Source of the DNA: Octopus sinensis
Taxonomy: Eukaryota
Reading direction: 5' to 3'
Length of the DNA: 38,990 bases
Assembly (NCBI RefSeq): GCF_006345805.1
Contig: NW_021835885.1
Span: forward strand, 1-38,990
The translations under genes and the position numbers were made by a program. A model generated the notes under the pieces. The model was not told the DNA's origin and did not search any database. It saw only the letters and a program-made list of their open reading frames with translations. Below, piece by piece: positions 1 to 11,628 of this stretch; position 1 is the stretch's first letter, and every line of letters begins with the position of its first letter.

Positions 1-137
1 GTGAGTTGAATGCGAAAATATTCATAAGAACAGAAAAACATACACGCACCGCCCACACACATATACATATATATAATTTTTTTTCAGAATGAGATAAAAA
101 GCCAAGGCTATGAAGATTTTAGAACATTTATAAATAA

Positions 138-185
138 GTCTTACAGCTGTTTCCAGAATATTTATTATAAACCTTCATCGAAGAC
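138..185 (-). ncRNA. Degenerate mirror copy of the 658-705 hammerhead motif
   Basis: Minus strand gtct-TCGATGA-aggtttataataaatattct-g-GAAA-cagctg-TA-agac. Core and stem II are decayed. Confidence 0.35.
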
Positions 186-657
186 CATGTGAGAAAATAA
201 TTAAGCAATATAATTAATTTAGACAAGATACGAAATAGAGAGTAAAGTGGAGAAATGAAAATAGATGTGACGTATGAAGGGATATTGCATTTGTAGATCC
301 ATTATTTAGGCAGAATGGTATACATATAAGATTCCAATACCTTGTGAGTAAAATCCAGTAGTATTTAAAATTGGTTATTCCAAGTATAGAGTTTGCACAC
401 AGTGCTATTTAAATAAATAAATAAAACCCTTGATTCAATACCACAGCATACAAACTCTATACTTGGATTGACCAATTCTAAATACTATTGGAACTTACTC
501 ACAAGGTATTGGAATCTTATATGTATACCATTCTGCCTAAATAATGGATCTACAGATGCAATATCCCTACATATCTCACATCTATTTCCATTCCTCCTCT
601 TCACTCTCTATTTCGTATCTTATCTAAATTAACTATTGCTCAACCATTTTCTCACAT

Positions 658-705
658 CGTCTCCGATGAAGGGACATAAAATATCCCGGAAACAGCTGTA
701 AGACG
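658..705 (+). ncRNA. Minimal type-I hammerhead ribozyme-like motif, variant core (CCGAUGA)
   Basis: cgtct-CCGATGA-a-gggacataaaatatccc-g-GAAA-c-agct-g-TA-agacg. Stem I cgtct/agacg, stem II ggga..tccc, palindromic stem III ACAGCTGT, GUA cleavage triplet. U4 is replaced by C. Confidence 0.6.
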
Positions 706-1291
706 TTCTATTTATAAATATTCTAAAATCTTCACAGACTTGGTTTTTTATTTCATTCTGAAAAAAATTTTTGTATATACACATGTGCTTATATATGACC
801 TACGTTGGGCACTTTATTCGCATAATCACCGAACCTGGAGCTTAACTATAGTCTGTCCATAGCACTTACTCAGCATTACCTGACACCTTTGGGGCTTACT
901 GACACCATAACCTCTTATTACCTCTCTCTCTCTCGCTCTCTTTCTTTCTATCTCTCTCTCTCTCTATATATATATAATATATATATATACACATACATAC
1001 ATACATACATACATACATACATACATACAGGTCAACCAGAGGCTATGGTAGAAAACTCTTGCCCAAATGCAGTGCAGAGATTGCCAAGTGTATTTCTTAA
1101 CTACGCAGGATGTGTGCGTGGTGTGTGTGTGTGTGTGTGTGTGTTGAAAGAGAGAAAGAGGGTGATAAATAGACAGAGCCAGCCAACCTGACAGGCAGAC
1201 TGATGGACGCATAGATAGAAACACATATACACATAGATGTATATAAAAACAAACGCATATGATGTATACACACACACACACACAAAACGCT

Positions 1292-1323
<32 letters not shown>

Positions 1324-1800
1324 TACATACTCAGGCAGCACGTGTGCATTAAAACTTACGTACATTTCATGCGTCAGTAGTTCCGTGAAATTTGCCTGAA
1401 ATGATTGAGTACTTTGACTAGAGACACATATACAACATATATATATATATTATATATTGTATATATATATATATATATAATATATATATATATGTATATA
1501 TATATATGTATATATGTATATATACACATCCTCACACATACACATAGTATACACATATACAAATGCATACATACATGTACACATACACAGACACACATAT
1601 ATGCAGGCATACAATAGACGCATATTTTTATATACATACATGTACATCCACACAAATACACGAAGTAAACTCTTACATACACACATGTGTATGTATGTAT
1701 CGAAACACTAAACTGGAAAATTAGATATAGATGTGCGTGCGTGCGTTCGTGTGTGTGTGTGTGTATGTATTTATACATATATATATATACACACACACAT

Positions 1801-2250
1801 AACCTTATATATTTGCACGTATACATTCACTTACTTGCAAACGAGTATATACACGTGCCTGTTTGTATGGTGGCATTACGCGTGTAAAACACATCTCACT
1901 CATCTCAAAGACACACATACTAGTATATATATATATATAAACTATGTATATTACAGCAGTTCCTGTGTGAACTTGCTTACATGTGGTTCAGTACCGTGGG
2001 CACTCTACTACAGTCGTCTGGACCAAACCCTTATATTAATTTGCACGTATCATACTTACTGCAAAGATATACCAGGCCTGTTTGTATGCATATATAAACA
2101 ATATATATACATATACATATTATATATATATATATATATAGGCGCAGCAGTTCCTGTGTGGGAAGAAGCTGCTTCCCAACTACATGGTTCCGGGTTCAGT
2201 CCCACACCGTGGGCACGTGTATTACTACAGTAGTCTGGGGTTACCGAAAG
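1801..2250 (+). repeat. About 225-bp imperfect tandem duplication; the SINE-head part of the first copy is deletion-rich
   Basis: aaccttatatatttgcacgtat...cagcagttcctgtgtg...ctacagtcgtctgg (1801-2020) versus aacccttatattaatttgcacgtat...cagcagttcctgtgtg...ctacagtagtctgg (2026-2240). Confidence 0.6.
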
Positions 2251-2420
2251 CCCTGTGAGAGGGGCTTAGTAACGGAAACTGAAAGAAGCCCGTGGTAATC
2301 ATATATATATATATATCTATATATATATATATATGAGTGTGTGTGTGTTATAGGAAAACACACATTTCCTATATTTTTTCCTGCGTGAAACACCACCCCT
2401 TTGTCTTTATCTATATATAA

Positions 2421-2458
<38 letters not shown>

Positions 2459-2784
2459 TGTATATATATATTTATGTTGTATGTATGTATGTATGTATAT
2501 ATGTACAGATATATATACATATATACATATATATGTGTGTGTGTATGAAATATGTATTTGTTATTTGTATCTGTCTGTCCCTCCTCCACCATCGCTTGGC
2601 AACCGATGCTGGCGTGTTTACGTACCCGTAACTTAGCGATTCGGCAAAAGAGGCCGATAGAATAAGTACTAGGCTTACAAAGAATAAGTCCTGGGGGGGG
2701 GGGATTTGATCGACTAAAGGTGGTGCTCCAGCATAGCCGCAGTCATCAAATTACTGAAACATGTAAAGGAATAAAAGAATAAAA
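2141..2784 (+). mobile_element. Composite tRNA-headed SINE, family A/B (head + internal microsatellite + LINE-derived tail)
   Basis: Head ggcgcagcag...ggttccgggttcagtccc (2141-2297) and tail ...ggtggtgctccagcatagccgcagtca...ctgaaac (about 2570-2784) match the cleaner copies at 22327-22716 and 30109-30504. Confidence 0.8.
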
Positions 2785-2794
2785 CTATATATAC

Positions 2795-2830
<36 letters not shown>

Positions 2831-3194
2831 ATGTTTGTGTGTGCATGTGTGTGTTTATATATTATACATGTAATATTTGCCATTTTCAATTCAGACATTT
2901 AAAGTACATAAGTCGGGAAATGTGTGTGTGTGTGTATGGACGTGTAAATGTGTATGTAAATGTGTGTGTGTGCGTATGTGTGTGCGTGAAAATGTGTCCT
3001 TGTACTTAAGGTATGTATATGTGTATAAAGATTATATATAGACAATTTACGCAAATATTTATGAGTGTGTGCATAAGATAAAACAGGCAGGAACGTGTGT
3101 ATGGAGGTGTGTAGGCAGGGCAGGCAGACAGGCATACAGACAAGTGATATGAAGCTAGACAAACCAGAGATGCAATCAACAGGTGCTACCTTAT

Positions 3195-3440
3195 CTTCCA
3201 CACACCACCACCATTACACTAATACTACAACCAAGACACTACAAACTACACCAGCACTACCACTACACTACAGCGACTGCAACACCGCCATATGATCTGT
3301 ATATCACCATTACTGCGACACCACCACCACCACCACCATCATCACTCGATCACCACTACCACTACTACTACATAACACTACTACATCCCCCACCACCACC
3401 AACACCAACACCATTGTCAACAACACTACTACATCATGGT
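3195..3440. repeat. (CAC/TAC)n low-complexity tract
   Basis: Direct inspection. Confidence 0.85.
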
Positions 3441-4021
3441 GTTTGTAAACAGATCTATCAATAAGTACAAGTGATCAGCTTAAGTAAGATATTACACCTG
3501 TTGTACCCGGGGTGGTGTAGTTAAGGAGTTCGGGAGATCAGATGAATGACATGTCATAAAATAAAGACGTACATACAGATTACACGTTACATATACACAC
3601 ACACATGAATTATACGTAGGTGTGTTTGTACGCATATAACATATATATATACACACATGCATACATACATGTATATATAGAAAGTTATATATATATACAC
3701 ACATATATACTCATAAACATACATAGATATATGCATATGTATATATAGTCACACACATACGTATATACTCTTATACATACATAGATACATGCATATGTAT
3801 GTATATATATATACAAATGTACACGCATACACACATGCGTACATTCGTGCATACATACTTATATATGTATGTATGTATGTATGTATGTGTATATATATAT
3901 GTGACTATATATATATATGTGTTTATATATATATATATATGTGTATATATATATGTGACTATATATGTGGGTGTGTATATATGTATGTATATATATACAA
4001 ATATATATATATAATATATAT

Positions 4022-4067
<46 letters not shown>

Positions 4068-4157
4068 TGACAACAAAAGAATGAATGAGACTTCGATATT
4101 ACGTAAAATAGAGGAATTTATCTATAGATATAATATGAGACAATTAGTTGGTTGCCA

Positions 4158-4220
4158 TAATAAAACTCAGAGTTTCGGATACCGACGATGAAGTCCGCTC
4201 CGGTATCTCATCAGTTATTA
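4158..4220 (-). ncRNA. Type-I hammerhead ribozyme with canonical core
   Basis: Minus strand taataa-CTGATGA-gataccg-(16 nt)-cggtatc-c-GAAA-ctctgag-TT-ttatta. 6-bp stem I, perfect 7-bp stem II, near-palindromic stem III, GUU triplet. Confidence 0.75.
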
Positions 4221-4283
4221 ATAACTGATGTGATGCCGGAACAGACTTCATCTCCGGTATCCGAAACTCTGAGTTTTATTATG
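4219..4283 (+). ncRNA. Degenerate mirror hammerhead (core CUGAUGU)
   Basis: taataa-CTGATGT-gatgccg...cggtatc-cGAAA-ctctgag-ttttt-atta. A9 is replaced by U and there is one extra U. Confidence 0.4.
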
Positions 4284-4569
4284 CCTATCAACTAATTGTC
4301 ACATATATTTATATATATATATATATATATAATATGACTGATCAATTGTATTACCATTTCATTATTAATCACATTGTTTGCCTCATCTGGCTTATTTAAA
4401 CGTCTCACCTGGCTCCCTATGCCCTTGTATAACAGATTTTGTTTATATTATTCATGGATTACAAGAACTTACTCTTCGAAATGTACCAGTTATCGGTCCA
4501 ATACTGACTACGCCGGTTATCAGTTTTGTTGTCACTCCGAAGCTTTATGAAAACGCATCAATCCAGCAG

Positions 4570-4777
4570 AAAGATTAATTGCCTTATATATGCATTTTCA
4601 TACATATATTTGCACATCTCCACATGTGTATTTGTACTTATATGCTAAACTTCTGGAAAGTTTTACATATTTTCACCGTTCCAGTGTTGGCTCTTATCTG
4701 TAATCTAACTAGGTTTTCCTTTCTGGTGAGAACTCTACCTTTTCATGTACGTGTATATATATATATGTGTGTGTGTA

Positions 4778-4839
<62 letters not shown>

Positions 4840-5110
4840 CAATAACAGGAATAATTTCTATATTTATATCAGGGCAATATTTCCTACAGATTTCATTGCA
4901 TACAATTCAAGCAGTAACACCGCATACCGCACTGGAAGCCAGTACCTTAACATTTCTGAGCAGCTGCCGATCATATAGGTAATATATTCCACAGCAAATG
5001 TCACATAATTGACATTTTCGGTCATCTTTTGGAGGGTTTTAAGGTGTTACTGTCTCCTTCTCTTGGATTGCAAAAGCATAACATTTGGAATGCGATGTGA
5101 CGTAACGGTT
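4570..5110 (-). mobile_element. Decayed R4/Dong-like (RLE) non-LTR retrotransposon 3' fragment, split by a (TG)n array
   Basis: Minus-strand pieces translate to DDRKCQLC...YMIGSCSEMLRYWLPVR (CCHC region) and NLVRLQIRANTGTVKICKTFQKF, homologous to the copy at 31440-32100. Confidence 0.65.
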
Positions 5111-5231
5111 TTACATATGTTAACAGCAAAAAAAAAAAAAACACAGAAAGAAACGTCACGTTTCATTTAATAGATTAAATAAGACAGAAACAAATAAATA
5201 ACAAATGAGGTATTCGCGAATTTTTCCCGCC

Positions 5232-5790
5232 TTTTCTCTTTTCTTGTTTTAGCCATTGGACTGCGGCCATGTGGAAGCAACGACTAATTCTAGTCTTTTA
5301 TACTTCAAAGATTTAGTTGAAAAAAATCGACCCACTACGTCTTTGTAAGTTTGATACTAATTCTATCAGTCTCTTTTGCCGAACTTCTATGTTATGGAGA
5401 CTTAAACTTACCAATACCCGTAATCATGCGGTGGTGGCGCACGCACACACACGTACACACGCACGCGCACACATACATGTACACATGCACACAGACATAC
5501 GCGCTCACACACACACTTATGCATATACAAACACACACACACACACCACACACACAAACATACGTATGTAACTTAATTTATTTAGTTATGAGTATTCTTA
5601 AGAATCAAGGCACATCAAAAGGTAGGTCACTGGAAATGGCTAGGTACAGTCACGACGGATTTCCATTCAGTTTCTGTCAACCAAATTCATTCAAACGTGG
5701 TCGGCACAAGTCTATAGTGAAGACACTTGCCCAAGATGCGCTGCAGTGGGACTGAACCGAAACCACGTGGCTGCGAAGACAGCTTCTGAA
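5232..5790 (-). mobile_element. Decayed composite SINE A/B
   Basis: Tail ggactgcggccatgtgg...tcttttgccgaac (5232-5438) and head gacacttgcccaag...gtgggactgaaccg (5654-5790). Confidence 0.7.
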
Positions 5791-6632
5791 AGGCTGCAGA
5801 CGACAAGATTCTGCTTTTCATGATCCTAAAGCATTCACCCACGATATATTCAAATACAAACGCATACACACTCATCCCCATACACACACATAGACAGACA
5901 CACACGCGCACACATACACACAATGCACACATACACACACACAAGTATATATACGTGTATGTAAGTAAGTATTATGGTTATGTATGAGGTGGAATGCGTT
6001 TGTGTACAAATGTGTATGTGCGTGAGCGTGAGTGTGTGAGTCTGTTGTTGTGGTGTGTACGTATATGTATGTGTAAGTGTATGTGTTTGTATAAATTGGA
6101 TATCTATGTATATGTAAATAAGCAATGCATTAACAAGGTTTCAATGCCTAGTGGCTCTTCCCTATTATAATCACCAGGCCCCCAACCTCGGAGTCCGTAA
6201 GGTGTTTGACCGCCACTCCTGTGGCGATGTTTTGGTACCAAGGGACATAACTATTAACTCAATCCCCTGCACGTTTCGTTTCATTATCTTTTTTCAGAGC
6301 AACCACAAACTGGGTGTGTCTATTCAATTCCAACAATAGAGAGCAGTCGCCATATTCCGTTCCATAAGGGCTATCTCTGATGAGCGCAGGATTACATAAT
6401 CCGATTGAAGCCCATCAACTGACTAAGATTCGGTTTTTTAATTTTAATTTTTTGTTCTTCTCTCTCAGAACCTTACAGTAGTCTGGAACAACTGGATTTT
6501 AGTCAGTCAGTTGATGGGCTCCACTACCTCAAATGTTCTTAAAATTTAAATCCACATCTTTGTCTATATATCTACCTTCTCTATAATGTTGCCACTTGCT
6601 ATGAAACTTTTTGTATTAATGGAAAACCTCTA

Positions 6633-6725
6633 TAATTGGCTGATGAGTGCTCAGCATTTTAAAACTGTTGTAATACTTACAACATTTAATAAAATGATGT
6701 AGTACGAAACGATCGTACCAAATTA
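6633..6725 (+). ncRNA. Type-I hammerhead ribozyme, canonical core, long extended stem II
   Basis: taattgg-CTGATGA-gtgct...(catttta/taaaatg; tgttgtaa/ttacaaca)...agtac-GAAA-cgatcg-TA-ccaaatta. Palindromic stem III ACGATCGT; GUA triplet with predicted cleavage after 6717. Confidence 0.8.
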
Positions 6726-6846
6726 CCGGAGTCATTCTTGTTGCTTATTTTGATTATAATCACCCCACGGATTTATATGGATAACACCATACAGAATTTT
6801 GGTGCATCTAAATTAAGTACCATATTCATTTGAATCTAAACTTTTG

Positions 6847-6890
<44 letters not shown>

Positions 6891-6895
<5 letters not shown>

Positions 6896-7189
6896 CGTGA
6901 CCGACCAGGCTATCAGATGTTGCTACACATCGCTGGTCACAATGCGCTTCGCATTGTTTTTTTAGCCTTCAAATGACGCCACCCCGCTGGCTAAGCAAGC
7001 AGGCCAACAGAAGAAAGAGTGAGAGAAAGTTGTGGTGAAAGTGTACAGCAGGGATCGCCACCGCCCCCTGCCGGAGCCTCGTAGAGCTTTAGGTGCTTTC
7101 GCTCAATAAACACTCACAACGCCCGGTCTGGGAATCGAAACCGCGATCCTACGACAGCGAGTCCGCTGCCCTAACCACTGCGCCTCCAC
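6891..7189 (-). mobile_element. tRNA-headed SINE, family D
   Basis: Minus-strand head ggaggcgcagtggttagggcagcggactcgctgtcgtaggatcgcggtttcgattccc has pol III A/B-box-like motifs. Homologous copies at 25778-25954, 27850-28203 and 30655-30948. Confidence 0.8.
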
Positions 7190-7205
7190 AATATGTATAT
7201 ATATA

Positions 7206-7243
<38 letters not shown>

Positions 7244-7363
7244 GTATGTATACTATATATATATATATATATATGTATATGTATGTATACATATATATAT
7301 ATATATGTATACATTATATATATATATATGTATCATATATATATATAATATATATATAATATA

Positions 7364-7443
<80 letters not shown>

Positions 7444-7646
7444 ACATATATATATATATATATATTATAATATGTATACATATATATATATATGTATACA
7501 TATATGTATACAATATATATATAATATGTACATATATATATATATTATGTATACATATATATATATATATGTATACATATATATATATATATATATGTAT
7601 ACATATATATTATATGTATACATATATATATATTATATATCTATCA

Positions 7647-7678
<32 letters not shown>

Positions 7679-7790
7679 TAGATATATATATATATATATA
7701 TATATGTATACATATATATATATATATATATGTATACATATATATATATATATGTATACATATGTATGTATGTATGTATATATACAGACA
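7190..7790. repeat. Compound (TA)n/TATGTATACA microsatellite array
   Basis: Direct inspection; source of the YI-repeat ORFs. Confidence 0.9.
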
Positions 7791-8099
7791 GACAGATAGA
7801 GAGAAAAATTAACAGGCATATACATTAAGTATATACAAATAGAGCTATTATTAGTACCAACGAAATGAAAAAAACACCTTAAATACAACATTAAAAGCAA
7901 CATTTGCTACCATAACAACAATAACAACTATATCTAGCACAGTAAAAAAAAAAAAAAGCGGGGCCAGCCGCACTCTCAGTACTTTATTCGTTGTATGTTT
8001 GGGTCACTTCACATTACATTAAGGCATGTCTAACTTGGCTGAAAAATATGCTGTCATGGAGAATGTTTCGCGTCCTTCATTAAGATGACAGATTTGGTA

Positions 8100-8260
8100 A
8101 ACAGGAGGCGGATAAAATGCCTTTTGTTGTTTAGTTTACCGCTTTTATGTTGAGTTCAAATCCGGTTGCGGTTAACTTCGCCTTTCATATTTCCGGAGTT
8201 GATAAAATAAAAATACCAATCAAGTAGTAGGGTTAATTTAACCGATTCTACCCTCCTTCA
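8100..8260 (+). mobile_element. Old SINE family C fragment
   Basis: gttgagttcaaatccgg...cgcctttcatatttccggagttgataaaataa resembles family C at 26667-27075. Confidence 0.55.
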
Positions 8261-9089
8261 AATTTGTGGATTGTGCCGACGTCAAAACTCATTACAAAAC
8301 ATCGTTATTATTGTTGTAACTTAGCTTCAGGTCTGCTCATATAATAATGAAAGCGATTTCAACCAGGACTATGTCGTATTTTTAATAGAAACAGATCATC
8401 TCAAACTATATTCCCGAAGTTGTGGAAATATAAACAGATTTAAGACGAGAAAACTGAATTAAATAAACACGTTAATAAATACAAACAGTTACAGTTTGAG
8501 AAGCAGAAAGTGAAAATGGCGAAAATGCCAGCTTAGGCGACGATAACAAAAGCACCGACAACAACTACGTCATCGTTTGTCAGAGTTGCGAGCGAAAAAG
8601 ATTCTAGGCGTATGAGAGAGCTCCAGTGGAAAAAAAAAGTATATGATTGGTATATCCCCGAAGAGATTATGTTGTACGAGAAATTTATCCATGAAAAGGG
8701 AGGAGGAAGAGGAAGAAGAAGAAGAGAAGGAGGAGGAGAAATAGGAAGAAGAAGAGTAGGAGGTGGAGGTATTCGCTCTCAGATCTGGATATTTCATGGG
8801 TTCCAGATATTGCTCGCATATTATATATATATTGAAGACGAGAATTTACTCAAGAATAGGGTATCTAAAAGAAACTCTGCTGCCCCCATTGAAATTTCTC
8901 TGAGAGGTACTTTTCATGAGCTAGATATTTTTTGCATAACAGCTGGAATCCAGGGAGAATCAGAGAAGAACCAACAATGGATATGGCAGGGACCGAGTTC
9001 GACCAAACCACAGAGTTTGTCTCCCGACTGAGAATATCAATGTGCGCACACGTACTCACACATTCACGCACACACAAAAGTTTCATACA

Positions 9090-9122
<33 letters not shown>

Positions 9123-9272
9123 CGGGTGTGTGTGATTGTGTATAGAAGAATATATTAATAAAAGGAATTCCGACCTTGTCTGATTTTCACGTTTTATTTA
9201 CAATCTTATAATGATATAAGATAATATAATAAAATAAAATAAAATAATAGAATGTTAAATGTTCATTCTGAT

Positions 9273-9317
9273 TGAACTAGTACTTTCATGCATTAAATTC
9301 TGCAATCTTCAGGTTCA
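9273..9317 (-). ncRNA. Minimal type-I hammerhead ribozyme (CUGAAGA core)
   Basis: Minus strand tgaac-CTGAAGA-t-tgca-gaatttaa-tgca-t-GAAA-gtac-TA-gttca. 5-bp stem I, 4-bp stem II with a U-U mismatch at its base, palindromic AGTACT stem III, CUA triplet. Lies in a about 240-bp island between TA arrays. Confidence 0.7.
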
Positions 9318-9362
9318 TGTAGTAGTGGTGACAGTCATGCTTCACAATTTTGACTATCTATC

Positions 9363-9393
<31 letters not shown>

Positions 9394-9866
9394 ATATATA
9401 TATATGTATATATATAAAATACAAAATACACAGTTATATCTTGAGATAGCTAGTAATAACAATACTCAAAATATAATACAGACTGGAATTGTAGTGCTCC
9501 AAACGAGCTATATTCCACTTCTAAATTTGAGCGGAGGCAAAAATTTAGTAACTTTTGTATTTTTTCTGGAATTTTAATACGCCATTTTAATATGTCCTTT
9601 ATATGTTTTATTACCCCAAATTTTTAATTTACCAATGTTTTATAACTTTAAGCGTAAATTCACTGTGTTTTGTATGTAACACTGATTCTTATATATTATA
9701 TGATGTTTATTTATTCATATATATATTATTGTATTTATATATGTCGGATTTTATATCTGTTCTGTAGATATAAATGAATATATGTATGTATTTGATCTTT
9801 GTGTGTGGATCTTAGTAATGTTCCTTTAGTACCTGCTCGCATTGCCTCCGCTTTAAATTAAGAAAT

Positions 9867-9899
<33 letters not shown>

Positions 9900-10679
9900 A
9901 ACAAAAACGCAATAAAGGGCATTAAAACGTTCGGAGAGATAGACGACACAAAGGCGGACAAGAGAAACAACAATTAGGACAGGCAAAAAAGGACGGGTCA
10001 TTCTGGGCTTTCTTTCATCAGTCAAGTACCAAAAGTCACGGCCATTTCGGACATATATATATATACACACACACATGTGTTTGTGTGTATGTAAGTGGGG
10101 AAGTTTTTTATCATGCATAGAAATATTTTTCAGAAACATGTATAAGCTATAAGAAAACTTATTCTAAGTCGTATGAGAATAACTATTGTGGGTCTATGTG
10201 TATGTGTGTGTGCGTGTGTGCGCGTGGGGGCGTTGTTTCCGTCTACGTCCGTATTGAGATACTTGGTGTTTATGGAGCATTGTAAACATATGTGTGTAGA
10301 TATGGGAGTAGTGTATGTGTGCGCACGAGAGAACGAAAGTGTACGCGCATATGTATGTGTGTGTGTGTGCGTGTGTGTGTGTCTGTATGTGTGTGCGTGT
10401 GTGGTGTATTGTTGTGAGCATGTAATCAGTAGATAGTAGTTTAGCTATGTTTATTTAAACTGCAAGTCACCTTTTAATAATTACTGTTATTACATTTCAA
10501 CCCACCCGTACACACACACACACACACACAAAAACGTATTGTGTGTGCGTGAGCGTGTGTATGAGTTGGTGTGCGAGTGTGTATGTACAGCACTATCATG
10601 TGATCACAACGGTAGCAGATGCTCAGAACAGAATGCAGAGTCGAAAAAAACATGTCGACGTTTTACACGCACACACACT

Positions 10680-10697
10680 CACACACACACATACATA

Positions 10698-10736
<39 letters not shown>

Positions 10737-11320
10737 AATTTATATATATACATACACACACATATATAGTCACATATATATATATATCAATATACATATA
10801 TATATATACACATATACATATATATATATACATACTTATATATATGTATATCAATATATATATATATATATCAATATACAAACATATATACAAATATATA
10901 TATATATACCAACATACATACGTATATACATTTATATATACACACATATATATATATACACATGTATATATATATATATATATATTTACATATATATACA
11001 CATGTATATATATATATATACATAAATATACATATATATTCATACATATATATGCATATATATACATGCAAACATACATACATACACATATACATATATA
11101 TATATACATATTTGTACATATATATATTTGTTCACATATATATATACACATGGATATATTTACATACACACACACATTATGTATATATATATATATACAC
11201 ATACATATATACACACACGCATACGTGTGCGTGTTCTTGTTTTTCTGTGTGTATATTTGTATATAACTACCTGTATATGTATATATACTTTTGTATATTT
11301 TTGTATACACACGCACACAC
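10680..11320. repeat. Compound TA/CA microsatellite array
   Basis: Direct inspection. Confidence 0.9.
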
Positions 11321-11584
11321 ACACAGCAGCTGGATATATACAGGTTGGTGAGTGGATAACGGTGTTATGTAGGGTAAGCAGTGAAGTGATGTGCAAGTAA
11401 GCCACCCCAGAACAATCTATGGAACCATTCCACACCATTGCCAGACATGTTCACCAAAGTCTCTCGCAGACATTCTTACTTTTAACGATACATTTGCCTG
11501 GCACTCACATGACCCCGACCGTCTTGACCTCGAACATTCGCCGACTATATATGTACACACTTGCATGTGTGTGTGTGTGTATGA

Positions 11585-11628
<44 letters not shown>

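Larger units (their letters stand above)
75..770. mobile_element. About 700-bp imperfect fold-back palindrome (arms about 75-395 and 451-770), probably a non-autonomous Penelope-like (PLE) derivative with a hammerhead-like motif in each arm
   Basis: Left arm ttttcagaatgagataaaaagccaagg...ttacagctgtttcc...caagtatagagtttg is the reverse complement of right arm caaactctatacttg...ggaaacagctgtaag...tttcattctgaaaaaaa. Spacer about 55 nt; TA-rich flanks. The PLE assignment is inferred from the minimal hammerhead motif. Confidence 0.75.
4068..4305. mobile_element. PLE-type fragment ending in a about 170-bp palindrome (4134-4305) of two head-to-head hammerhead motifs; same family as 33287-33610
   Basis: Perfect 18-nt axis tcagttattaataactga (4211-4228). 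The 4070-4130 flank gacaacaaaagaatgaatgagacttcgatattacgtaaaatagagg matches the reverse complement of 33555-33610. Flanked by (TAA)n and (TA)n. Confidence 0.75.

Noticed and set aside
4134-4305. Hypothesis that arm differences record ADAR editing fixed by re-retrotransposition
   Set aside because: Arm mismatches are mixed (A>T, A>G, G>A, indels) with no clear A>G bias.
8051-8091. Minus-strand relic ctgtcat-c-TTAATGA-aggacgc-GAAACAT..atgacag
   Set aside because: Stem I is present, but two core changes, no stem II and no clean cleavage triplet; too degenerate to call.
8560-9040. ORF 8612-9031 and weak ttcatg..agatat repeats
   Set aside because: The ORF is driven by a (GGA/AGA)n tract, and the repeats are too short and diverged to define an element by eye.
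10010-10030. CTGATGA on the minus strand (ttcatcagtcaag)
   Set aside because: No downstream stem II/GAAA/stem III or stem I partner.
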